A stretch of 64,000 nucleotides of DNA from Vicugna vicugna (taxonomy: Eukaryota). This document shows, one piece after another, positions 26,015 through 37,565 of this stretch; within the stretch, counting starts at the first letter, position 1, and each line of letters begins with the position of its first letter. The position numbers and the translations under genes were made by a program. Below the pieces are notes generated by a model. That model did not search any database. It was not told the DNA's origin and worked only from the letters and a program-made list of their open reading frames with translations. The stretch spans positions 3,663,895-3,727,894 of the forward strand of contig MU058844.1 in assembly GCA_013265495.1 (NCBI GenBank), written 5' to 3'.

Positions 26015-29000
26015 TCAAACTGTATGTATTTATTTATCAGTTAGAGCTGGAGTTCTGCACCAGAAACCTCTGTCAAAATTAAAACCATTTTCCTTCCTAT
26101 TGAGATGGAAGCAGAGGAGAGAAATTGGGAACAAAGTTTTCTTGGCTGATCCAAGGGAAGTTGAGTTGACTTGGGGATAAACTATAAGGACTCCGTGTCT
26201 GTGTTAGCTGGGTGGAGGCAGTAACCACAGTGGCCCTACCTCTAGGACACTTGTAAAAGCTTTTGACCTACAAATGAAGTTAATTTCCTCTACCTATGTG
26301 ATTGAAAATCTGTTTTAGGATCCCACTAGACCTAAATATTCCATAGCCTGTACTTGCATCAGTGGCTTATTGATGTGGAACTTTTTTTTTTTATGGGTCT
26401 CTGGAGAGACTGACACTAGATGCTCTGTAGTGTTCATAAGAATGTTTATTTCAGTCATCCACATTTCAAAAGAGAGGGACTTGGAGGAAAAGGCAGCCAC
26501 AAAAATGTATTGTTTTGAAACTAAATCTGTGAGAAAAATAGAAATGAACTTTTAAAGTAAAATAAAGGCAAAGCAAAATATTAAGGCCTGTTAGGTGGCC
26601 ACGGCCATCTCTGTGACCGTGAGTCCTTTTTCTTGGAGATTGTAATATGTGATGCCAGAGAAAAATATTTTGTACTTACTCAGCAATTAAAGGTAAGAGG
26701 TTGTGAAACTCTAAATGAGCCAGGGGGGTGGGGGGGAAGAGGTAAAGGGCTGAGTCTGAGTGAGTAAAGGAAGATAAATCAGATGAGATTGCATGTTGCT
26801 GACACTCACCAGGGTTGCTCAACAGTAATATCTGACAAACAGCAAGAGAAAAAGGAAATATTTTGGCAGAGTCAGCCACCCTCAGAATCTCTCTTCAAAA
26901 CCCTACTAAGAAATCCCCACCACTGGATGAGTTATTTCCTCTTTCTGCTGTATGAGTACAATGAGAAAAAAAACAGACCCTAGAGCTGAAATATTGAAGT
27001 TAGGAAATAGTGCCATGAGTAATAACACAATAACGAATTAGACCGAAAGGCCTAGAGGTATGGATTTTCATCTGGAGGCTTGGATTTAGTCAAGTCTGTT
27101 TTGGCACCATGATATTTCAACTATCTTGTCAGGCTGTTATGTATGGTCTTTTGTTTACGACTGTCCTCGTTACCCTTGGTTTTGTTCATTCCTTCTTCCT
27201 GCCTGGATTCCAGGGAGCTGCACCTCCTCTCTCTTTGGCCCTGCTAGATCTGCCTTCACATTCCTGTGCTGTCTTTAAAATCCAACTTAAAGCCATCTTT
27301 CTTCCAAGAAAACTTAGTTGTCCAAGGCCACCTTTAATCTTTTTCTCTGTCTAATATTTTTAGCTGTTTATTAAATTGGTTGCAGTATCTGTTCTACACA
27401 AGTTATTTATACATTTCCTGCTGTCTCTACTGAGTTGAAGTCTCCAGAGGGCAAAAGGCTTGTCATAAACATCCTTATGTTTCCTATAACATGTACTCAG
27501 TGATATGAGGGATATAAAAAGCTAATATGATATGTCAATGTTTATCAACTTAAAGTATAAACTAACTCAATAATTTTAACAGAGATTAGCAAGATCCTAG
27601 GCAAAAGTCCTTTAACTTTCTTCCAGTTAAAACTAATTAACCTGTATCTTCTTTTACTTTGCTATGGAAAATGCTGATGAAACAAACAAGACTAATTATG
27701 TTTTGGAAAAAATCTGGAAAAGCTATTTTATTTTTATTTTAGAATTTTTTGATTAAAAAGGAAAAAAAAAAAGAAATTAATTCTACCTCCCTTTGAGTTC
27801 CTTGGAGTCACAAGCCCATGTGGTTATCTTTTTGGCTTCAGATTAAAGGCATGGAAGATTCTAGAATCTTTTAATTCTTTCTCTTTTTGAAAAGAAATGT
27901 TTTAAACAGAGCTTTGTATCGTGAAAAAGAAACAGAACAACATCACTAGATCTTTTGGTTTTCTCTCTTCCTTTTCCCTTTTCGAGATACGACTTCAATT
28001 CTTAACTGTTTGCAATTAACTGACTTTGATCTTCATCACACTCCAAAAACAGTTCTCTCAAAGGTCAGTTGTGACCTTCTTTTTGTCAAAATCTCTCAGC
28101 AGCATTTGTTGATAACCTCCTCCTTGTGACTCCCTGCTGCCTTGGCTTTGATTTTGCTCTTCCCTAGATTTCTTTCTGGGGAGGGGAAAATTAATTTGTT
28201 GAACACACTTGTGCTCAGGAGCTTTCTGTGCATCATGTATTTGAGCTTCATGACCACTCTCTGGGGCAGGACGCACTCTTGCACACTGTCACTCAAGGAT
28301 AGATATTTCCGTTTTGTCCCATTGGCCAGTTATTTCAGAGAGGGGTGGGTCCAGTGTGCCTTAGCTAGTTGCAAGTTCCTTGAGAGTGGAATCTGCACCC
28401 CCCACCTCTTCTCTATCACTCACAGTGCCTGACACAGCAAATATTTTCAGGGCTTAATAAATATTTGTTGACTAATTATAGATGAAAGTGCTCAGATCTT
28501 GAAGATGAAGACTAACATGAACACTGACCAGTTTTTGTTGAATATCTTTGTTTGCCAAGGGCTAGAAGAGCCCTCCTTTCATAAACTATATTAAAAAAAA
28601 AAAACAGAAACAACAACAAAAAACAAACCAAAACAAAACAAACTTCATGAAAAGATCACGTTTGACACTAAGATTAGAAAATGATTAGCAACGGTCACAT
28701 GTAGGCCAGCATAGGATTCCTTCCAAGGACAGGAGCCTCTGAATTAGATCAGGGCGATTATATTTATTATCTGCTCTGGGCAGCTTTGCCCTAAGTCAGA
28801 TGCAGTGAGTTTGTGCTTTCTGTCTGACACACAGATATCTTACCCTTCACTTCCATGTGAGATGAGGCTGGGGCCTGGGTGAAACGGGAGAGTGGGGGAG
28901 GTGCGGATGAAGTCAGTCTGTGTCACCCTCTCCATTTCCTCTTACACTCCCTCTATCGCCTTTCAGTTCCCCCTTTCCCACCAGGTGCCAGAGGGGTTAT

Positions 29001-30089
29001 GGTTCCCCATAATCCTTCTTGTCATGGGGGAAGTGGTGGGAACTAATCTTTTTTTTAAGTGTGCCTACTACTAAGTCTGCACATAGTCGGGTGTTCGGCA
29101 TCATTGTTTCACTTGTAGTCTCTTGGCAACTCCAAAAGGTAGATTTTATTATTTTTCTAGCACAGAGATTGAAACAGATGCTTTAGAAGGATAGGATACT
29201 TGTCCAAATTATACAGCTTGTATACACAAATGTGTAATTTAAAGTTTAGCCTGTCTGACTCCAAAACTTCTGGGTTCTTTATATTGTACAAAATTATCTC
29301 ATCAGAAGGAGAGGAATGATATAAAATTGTTTCCCACTGAGGGCTTTGTCATGTATGGCAGAGAGAGCACAAACTTTTTTCCAGTAAAGCTCTAGCAGAT
29401 TTGTCATGGGCAGAGGGTCAGGAAGTTTGAGGTGGAGGAGGCTATATTTTCTCTTTGGGCAGGATCTTCTTGTCCTTATACATGCTCCATAGCATTGCAC
29501 CTGGCCTCTCCAGCTAAGAATCCTTAGATGCCAGAGATAGATAACATAGAATTCAACATTTAGAGACTTTTTCTTTGATGGACATTCTTTTACTGGTCCT
29601 GAGAAAATGAATTTAGTGTGCTAGTTTCTTCCTTTTAATCAAAGGAAGTGCTTGGGTTAAAATAAGGAGCAAAACACTCCCATCAGCACTAAGTTAAATG
29701 ACCACGGAAATTCGTGTGCAGCATTCAGATGAATCCCTCTGCACAGGTTGATGTCGTGGTGCGCACCTGTGACCTACTGGGTGATGCAGTCTTGCAGGAT
29801 TTTGGAAGTTTCTTCAGGGCAAGGATCATAGGTGGAACAGTGAATGAGTCTTCCTTATACCCAGAATGGACATCCAAGGAATGAAAACATACTATATATA
29901 TATTTTTTAATTAAATACTCCTGAAAATGAATCCACTTACACTTAAATATTTTCTTTTAATAATTAAAAGAACCATAATTGGGTTTGTATCTTAAGGAAA
30001 ATTAAATCTCATAGTGATAATTAGTTCATTCTTACTTTAAAATAAACAAGTTAAATTATATTTAGCACTTTAAGAAAACAAAGGTAAAT

Positions 30090-30710
30090 CAAATACCGGT
30101 AATTCTTCTCAGCCTAATTTTTCTAACAAAATTGTATGAAAGCAACATTGAAATCTTTACTTAATGTATATATTCCTTTTGCAGTGTTATCAAATAGGGC
30201 TTATTTTTGCCTTAAGTGAGGGCTTTACCAATTTTCCTAGGGTCTTCCTTAATTCTTTTTATCAAATAGTTCTTTTTTTGGCCATGGCTATCACATCAGT
30301 ATCCTTGTTGATTTCCTCTTCACTAATTTTTAATAGGTCCACCTTTGCCAATTCTTTGTGTGTGAACGTGTGGTCGAAGAAGTTTTCCAACATCACTTTC
30401 ATCAATCGTATGAAATCCTACAACTTTTGCAATGCTTGTCATTTTGCTTGGCAGCCTATTGCACTGCATTTGCACTGTTTGATTGGGTACCTATAACAGC
30501 TACACCATCAGTCAGAGTTGGTATTGATGTGATGGGTGGAGATACAAGCTGGGTGTTAAATACAGTGGGATAAGTGGTGACTAGTATTACAAGCGATCAA
30601 TCAGCCCCTTTATGAGTATTTTTGTGTTATGGTGCCTCTTTGCTTCCCTAAGCAACCATGTAATTGTGGGATGGGGCATAATGCATGTTCAAATAATAAG
30701 GACTCCCTCG
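30090..30710 (-). mobile_element. Tigger/pogo DNA transposon fossil with transposase C-terminal remnant
   Basis: Minus strand ~30440-30290 reads MTSIAKVVGFHTIDESDVGKLL /frameshift/ HTFTHKELAKVDLLKISEEEINKD, resembling the acidic GF..D..D...LL..H...T..EL segment of Tigger/TIGD transposases. TIR-like end near 30690-30708. Boundaries approximate. Confidence 0.6.
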
Positions 30711-31985
30711 GCTCAAATAATTGTTGAATGGAATGGAACTGACCTTGCCTGGATCTGCTCTCAACCTATAAATGGAACAGATGTTAGAAGCCTACAGGCT
30801 TGGGTTGCACAGAGATGAATTAAATCCTTTCCCAACTATTTTGGTGTGCATGAATAGAGCTGAAAGCATTCCAGAACTCCTAGAATGTTAAATCTCAAAT
30901 CTAGAGATCTGCTTAAAGGCCCATAATTATCTCTGTTGTGAGGCCTTTCAACAGATCTAAGAAGTTGAGTAGTTTTGATTCAAGATGCACTAAGAGGATG
31001 GTCAAAAATGAGTGAGACTTAGGATCCAGGCCTTTCTATTGCTGCTATTTTTTTGGGGGGTGGGGGTAGAGTACGTGGGGAAGCACATTAGCTTCAGTGG
31101 ATTTCAATACTGTGCTCTTTATTTCTTTTAACTTCATTTATCATCATGTTCTGTGTTGGTATAACTTAATAAAGAACCACTTTTCCTTTTTTTAAGTATT
31201 TTGGATATAACAGGTCAGTGGGAGAGGATGAACACACTTGCCCTTCATCTTTCTCTAACTTCACAAATATGACCACATATTTGAATAGTATTTTTTGCCA
31301 AGTACAAAAACATTTCAAAGTAATAACATTTTTTCCATAGGTAGGGAGAATAATGATGGTTTCTTTGCCACTTCCTTTTTGCTCCTTTAACATGCTGTTT
31401 AGATGCTTTTTTTTCCTTTTCGCTCCTATTATAGTTGGATGTGAGGTTTTGATTAATTCTGTATTTTTCGTCCTGCTGAACTGCAGATTTCTTGAAGGCA
31501 AAACCTCTGTCTTATTTTGTTTCACGTGCCCAGGATCTGACATAGGACTCTATAAATGTCTGTTCTTTGTTCTTTAATTAAGCTAGAAATGAAGAACCCG
31601 GCTTAGAAAGGAAGGAAATGGTACATTGTTGTGGAAATGAAGGCGGTTGTACTAACTTTGCAAGGACAGGAAATAAAACAAGGTTAACTGGTGGAAGGTA
31701 GGACAGAGGGTAGGTTCTCTGTGGTGTATTGTGAAAGGGGCAGAGGCCAAAGTACAATGACTATTTCACTGAGAAAACAAATAAACGAACTGGAACATTC
31801 TTGCCCAAGCACTTACAAACTTGGAGTCAGTGCGCAGTTAAGTGCTCTATGCTAGTGACAAGGTATGAAGCCATCTGTGTTGTCTCTTAGGCCTTTTAAT
31901 TTACACTCTTCAAAAAGTGCTTCCCAATAGGAAATGACCCTCTTTAATGACATGTCAATGAAGTTTAGCCAGTGTCTGCTATAAG

Positions 31986-32053
31986 GTGATGGAATCTCCT
32001 TAAAGTGGGGATTTTACTCTCCCCAAATCTCCACTTTAAGGAGGTTTCATTAT
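31986..32053. repeat. 68 bp inverted repeat (29 bp stem, 10 nt loop), likely Tc1/mariner-Tigger MITE derived
   Basis: Arms atggaatctccttaaagtggggattt (31989-32014) and aaatctccactttaaggaggtttcat (32025-32050). Confidence 0.85.
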
Positions 32054-33315
32054 ATCAGAAATTCCCAATGACAGACCCAAAGAGGGCACAAAGGTTTTCT
32101 GGAAGCCATATGTCTGCAGAATGTATCCACAGACCTGTGAAGAAAGAAGAGCTTAATTAGACAGATGAGCAATTTCCTGAAAAGGCCTATGCAGGCGTTG
32201 GATTACATTCATTTCCTCTAAAAGAGGCATGAAAACTATGACGATGAACAGCTCACTGTCTTGGAGCTTAGCCATTCTCCAGTTTATCTATACTTAGTGG
32301 GAGTGAAGGAAGGAGATGCTCCTACTTTTGAGCTGGGTTCTCTTAGTCATGAATATTGGATTTCTTCTACGCAGAATGTGTGTTCAGTTGAGCTCCAGAT
32401 TATCAGAAGGTGAGATCCCACTTTGTGGCTTGCCCTTGGTTAAGTGGAGATCACTTTGGCCAGAAGTGTGTTCTCAGCCATCTCTCCCTGCTTTCAGTGG
32501 CTCAGGAAATAGAAACTAATTTTGATTTCAACTAACCCAAACTTGATGAGGAACAGAAATATAATGCTACTACTTTGAAGCATGACATTCATGCCAAAGC
32601 CAACATATACTTTAAAAAATATTCTACTGATTCTTTCCCATTTGATTTATCCATATAATCTTGGTCTTTCCATTTTAGAGCTTATGATGGAGAGTTCGCT
32701 GTACTGGAAATTAATAAATGATTTCATCAGTATCAAAACACAAACACTGACTTGGAAGATCAGAGTCGAAAGCCCTGTCTGGGTGGTATGGACTTTTGCT
32801 TCCGTTTCTCAGTGCTTCTACTTATTTGAAATAAAGGAAGTTTGTAGGTCTTGTGTAGTTTCCTTGTGCTCACTTGTCTTTCCTTTTCCTTTGGTGTTTT
32901 ACAAAACTGAGTCATTGAAACCCATCCCATTTCACCATCATACAGAGGTAGTACAATTATCAAGAAAAGAAACCTTATTCTTTGTAAGCTGCCAGAAATC
33001 CTAGTTATTAAGCCTCATTACAGATCATTGATTTGAGATCCTTTGCATTTTTTTTAAATAGTTGGCCAGGGATTTCGAATGGATATTCTTGCTAGTATTG
33101 TCCTTTCAGTAGTCAAGCTGAGTTAACCACTGAACCAACTGAAGTTTAAAAAGGATAAGTTGAATGCCAGATTTCACTTAAATGTATCTGTATAAGAAAG
33201 GAGTTTGGAATTAGAAGAAGAAGAATTGTAAACATGTTCCTTTTAAACCAGAAATTAATTCAGGATTTAAAAAGATAGTATGGTGGGAGTGAAACATTGA
33301 TGAAGATGCAATTTT

Positions 33316-33334
33316 TTGGGGGGGGTAATTAAGT

Positions 33335-33377
<43 letters not shown>

Positions 33378-33456
33378 TTATTTTTTATTTAATGGAGGTA
33401 CTGGGGGTCGAACCCATGACCTCATGCATGCTAAGTATGTGCTCTACTACCCCCTC
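33316..33456 (-). mobile_element. tRNA-derived SINE (camelid vic-1-like) with (TTTA)n and perfect TSD
   Basis: Minus strand has B box GGTTCGACCCC and a (TAAA)n tract. 14 bp TSD gaagatgcaatttt at 33302-33315 and 33457-33470. Confidence 0.9.
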
Positions 33457-33588
33457 GAAGATGCAATTTTGACAGTGACAACATGAGGCAAGTTGGGAGA
33501 CAGGAAATTGGCAAACTCCCTGGGTTGGCCAGACAGGGTCAGTTCAATTTGTAATTTTTACTTTAATTCAGAAAAGGACCTGTATTCA

Positions 33589-33995
33589 TGTATTAGTCAG
33601 GGCCCTCCAGAGAAACTGAACCAACAGGATACTTGTTTGTTTATTTGTTTGATTATTTACAGTGAAGAATTGGCTCCTGTGATGATGGAGGCTGAGAAAC
33701 CCCATAAACTGCTGTCTGTGAGCTGGAGACCAGGGAAAGCTGGTGACAAAATGCTGCCTGAATCAGAGGACCTGAGAACCAAGTGAGCTGATGGTATAAA
33801 TGAGAGTCCAAGGGCAGAAGATGAGGTGAGATGTCCCAGGTCAATTGGTGAAACAGGAAAAACTGAGGCATTGTCCTGTTTCCTCCTCCTTTTGTTCTGT
33901 TCAGGCCCTTGAACGGATTGCATGATGTCCACTCATCTTGGGGAGGGGCATCTACTTCACTGAGTCCACCAAATTCAAATGCTAATCTCATCAAA
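33589..33995 (-). mobile_element. MLT2 (ERVL) LTR, partial
   Basis: tgtattagtcagggccctccagagaaactgaaccaacagga...gaattggctcctgtgatgatggaggctgagaa MLT2 signature. Confidence 0.85.
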
Positions 33996-34006
33996 ATACT
34001 AAAATT

Positions 34007-34252
34007 TGTATTAGTCAGGGTTTGAAAAAGAAATGGAACCCACAGAAGATTTATTTAGTTGTTTGTTTTAGGAATTGGCTCCTGGGGTTGCCTTCCCCTA
34101 TTGGTGAGGATGATCTTCTTTATTTTGTGTTTTGATTCCAATGCTAACCTCTTCCAGAGACACCCTCACAGACACAAAAGACAGCATGTTTCACCTGCTA
34201 TCTGGGCATCCCTTATCTCGGTCATGTGGCCACATTAAAATTTGCCACCACA
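34007..34252 (-). mobile_element. second MLT2 LTR, internally deleted
   Basis: tgtattagtcagggttt...aatgctaacctcttccagagacaccctcacagacac...ccaccaca. Confidence 0.8.
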
Positions 34253-34860
34253 GGGCCCCATTTATCAAGTAAGCAATTAAGCTTGACATCAGGATTGAAG
34301 TATATGGAAATGATTTTGGGATGTTCTTCTGGTGTTTATTTATTCACTTTTTTAGAACCACCAAAACCTTCTTAGACATCATTTAATAAATTCATAAAAT
34401 TCAGAGTAGATTTCATAAAGAGGGAGAAGTAGCTGTAAGAGATCCAAACATCTCAATTAATTTATAATTAGAGGTTCATGAAAAGAAGCAAGGAAGAGTG
34501 TGAACTCCTAAGACTTTAGTAGAACTAAAATTTAACATTCTTCTTTTTTCTACTTTTTCTCCACGTCACACTACATCATGGTGTTGATTTGCTCACCACG
34601 ACACCTGCCCCACACACATACATATGCCCAAAATTATTCTAGAGTAGATATTTAATGAAGTATCATAATCCGCATTTTGGGGTACTGAATTTATAATACC
34701 AGATCTACTACCTATGTGTTCAGGCTTTTCCTTCTACATTTTGTTTATTAAATTACCCATAACAACTTCTTAACCACTGTCACCTTAGGAAGGAACAAAA
34801 ATGCCCAGAGTCCTCTGGTGTAGAGAAAAAACAGAAAAGAAAAAGAAAAAAGGTTGAGGA

Positions 34861-34960
34861 AGGATATCTTTGTCTGGTTTTGGTATCAGGGTGATGCTGG
34901 CCTCATAGCATGAATTCAGAAGGATTCCTTCCCCTGCAATTTTTGGGAATACTTGTTGAA
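34861..34960 (-). mobile_element. isolated internal LINE-1 ORF2 (RT region) fragment
   Basis: ORF 34785..35096 contains QQVFPKIAGEGILLNSCYEASITLIPKPDKD, the L1 ORF2 NSFYEASITLIPKPGKD motif. Confidence 0.85.
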
Positions 34961-36939
34961 CAACTATGAGTGGAGTCAATGTCCATGTTCTTTCCATCAT
35001 ACTGAGCTGGATCTGGGAAAGGGGGCTACCTTTGCTTCCTCTGATGATGTCATAAATACTTCTTCCCTCCCTCAAACAAATTAAAAAGCTAAGCATTCAA
35101 TCTTTCAATTCATAATTTAAAATTTATTGATTGGATTGTTGAAGCTTATGCTGGCTGCTGAAGAGAAAGAATATGAAGAATTCTATTGCTCTGCTTTTAA
35201 ATTCATTTGACTACCAAGATTTAACCTGCCTAAACTGGAAAGTTTATATGCCTTTATTTAAAATGAGGAGTAGGCCCTATTTTTCAAGTTAAACCTTCAA
35301 AATGAAGTACACTGTAGGCTACAAAAAAGTTTCCTTTATTTATTCAACAAATATTTGGGTGTTGACTAAGTACTGGCCACTTTGCTAGGTACTAGGTATA
35401 TTATATTGAATACAATGTCTCATACAAATATGAAGTACATTTCAATAGAGAGAGAACATTTTAATATATTGAGATGTAAAATTGAGTGAAACTTGGCTGG
35501 TCAACAATGTTTGTTAGAAATCTAGAAGCAGCTACTTAGGAAAATTGCCCCACACACATCCCTCTGATAAAGAGTAAATGAGGTGTACATCTGAGGCAAC
35601 TCCACTTCTCTGAAGTGCTTCCTGAAGACACTAAGACAATGGCCAGATAAAGCAACTGTGCTGAATGAATTTGTCAGTCAATTTGGTTAAACAGTTTGTT
35701 TTATTTTCATCTGAGTGGTGCTTGGTTAGCTGCTTATACATAACATTTCACACAAGTTATTTTCCCTTCATATACTGAATTTAGTGCTCTCTGGCAAGCC
35801 TAATATTCATTCTGAAAAAGACAGGAAAAAAAAAAAAAAGCCCGAGGAAGATGTATGCCTTTTCAACAGCTTTCTTTGCTGTTTGTGCCAATTATGCATT
35901 TTGAATAGTTTTACATTCATGTGTGTCCTCTGTAGTTACACATTTAAAAATATAATTATTTAGTGGCTAGGTCTTGGAAATATTTTTTTCACAAAAGTGA
36001 AAAAACTAGAAGATGGATGTATATTATGGAATTTGAGAAAAAAATAAGAAGTTTCATTTAATTTTATATCCACCAAAATTAGCAGTCTAAAATGCACCAT
36101 ATAAAAGTATTTTCTGGCTCTTGCTGGAAAGATTTTCTTTCTGATTTGTAATAGAAAGACAATGAATACAGGTAGATTAGGACAAAAAGAACTCAAATGA
36201 TCTAAGAGGATTAAAAGATTAATGCCAGGCAGAGGGAGACTCGCTTCTCTGCACACACAAGGTTATGCAGAGCAGGTCACCTTTCTGCCAAATAGAGACT
36301 CTTTCAGAAAATACTCTTTTTCAGTGAGAGTGTAGCTTGCCTTTCCCCATTTGGGGCACGTGAGAGACATAGTTAATGAATGCTTCTGTAAGAAACATAA
36401 TAGCATATTACATCTTTCTTACTCTGAAATTCTAGGGCTCTTTCAGTTAGAAGAAGAGAAAATCCTAGTGTTACCCTAAATATCAAAGTCTGTAATTCCA
36501 CTCAGAAAATAGACCAATTCAATAAGCTACTATTATAATGCCCTGCATTGATGGATCTTAAGTCCTCAATTTCTGCACCAAACAGGCTTCTTTTTGTGGC
36601 AGAAAGAGCTCAAGTTTCATCTTTTATCCTGTATAACTTCACTGTAAATGGCTTAAGAACTAGATATAGGCTGAGATTTTAAAATGTTGCTTTATAACAT
36701 GAAGCAGTAGATTTAACAAAAAAGCATTCCATCTTTTGCAGGCTATTTCCATGACTGATGAGAACTGAAGCAGAGTTGATAATGATACTTTTATAATCAC
36801 ATAGATGAAATCATTCCTCACTGACTGGAAAATGGTCAAGTTACTTGCCTCATGGGAATGTGGTGTACAAAAAACCCCAGTTAGTGAGATGTTGATTATT
36901 AAATTAAGAATCGGTGGAGGCATTAGATTTAGAAAAAGT

Positions 36940-37565
36940 GCTTAACCTCATTAGCAATTAGAAAAATGAAAACTGAAATGGCAATGACCTTTTACCAAAT
37001 TGGCTAAAATTAGGATGTAAAAATCATGTTTAAAGGAAGCTTGGTATTATTAAGGAAAGCTGAAAATTTATATACCATATGGCTCAGTAATTCTAGGAAT
37101 ATACCTTTAAGAAATGCTTGCATATGGGCCCTAGGATCTATGGATGACGAAAAAATTGATTGAGATACTGAACAGTAATGTCAATGAACAAACGACAGTT
37201 ATAGGCAACACCTAAAAATTGTGCAAGTAGTCACAATTGTAAGGTGAAACAAAGAAATTATGGCATAAAAAAATGTCTACGTTGTGATTCTTTTCCTCTA
37301 AAACTCAAAACCAGACAAGACCAACCTCTATTTTTCAGGAAAGTATTCACAAATGGTAGCACTATAAAGAAAAGCAAGAAAATTATCAACACATATAAGG
37401 ATAGCATTTATCTCTGGGGGAGAGTCACACACAGAGTTTCTGGCGTCCTGATGCTATTCTATTTCTTGATCTGGACTGGACTATTTGTTTAAATAATTGT
37501 CAAAGAGTACATGTATATTTTAAGTACTTTTCTATGTGTATATTATATGCTGCAATACAAAGTAA
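36940..37565 (+). mobile_element. old LINE-1 (L1MC/ME-like) 3' fragment
   Basis: aaaagtgcttaacctcattagcaattagaaaaatgaaaactgaaa...ataccatatggctcagtaattctaggaatatacc. Confidence 0.65.

Noticed and set aside
30164..30496. 110 aa hydrophobic ORF preceded by an acceptor-like tttgcag
   Set aside because: Antisense to an A-rich Tigger transposase remnant, which explains the hydrophobic bias; no known protein recognised.
32582..33004. 140 aa ORF
   Set aside because: No recognisable homology, coding-like composition or splice context; consistent with chance.
33390..33456. tRNA gene
   Set aside because: tRNA-like B box, but with an A-rich tail and TSD it is a SINE; no cloverleaf.
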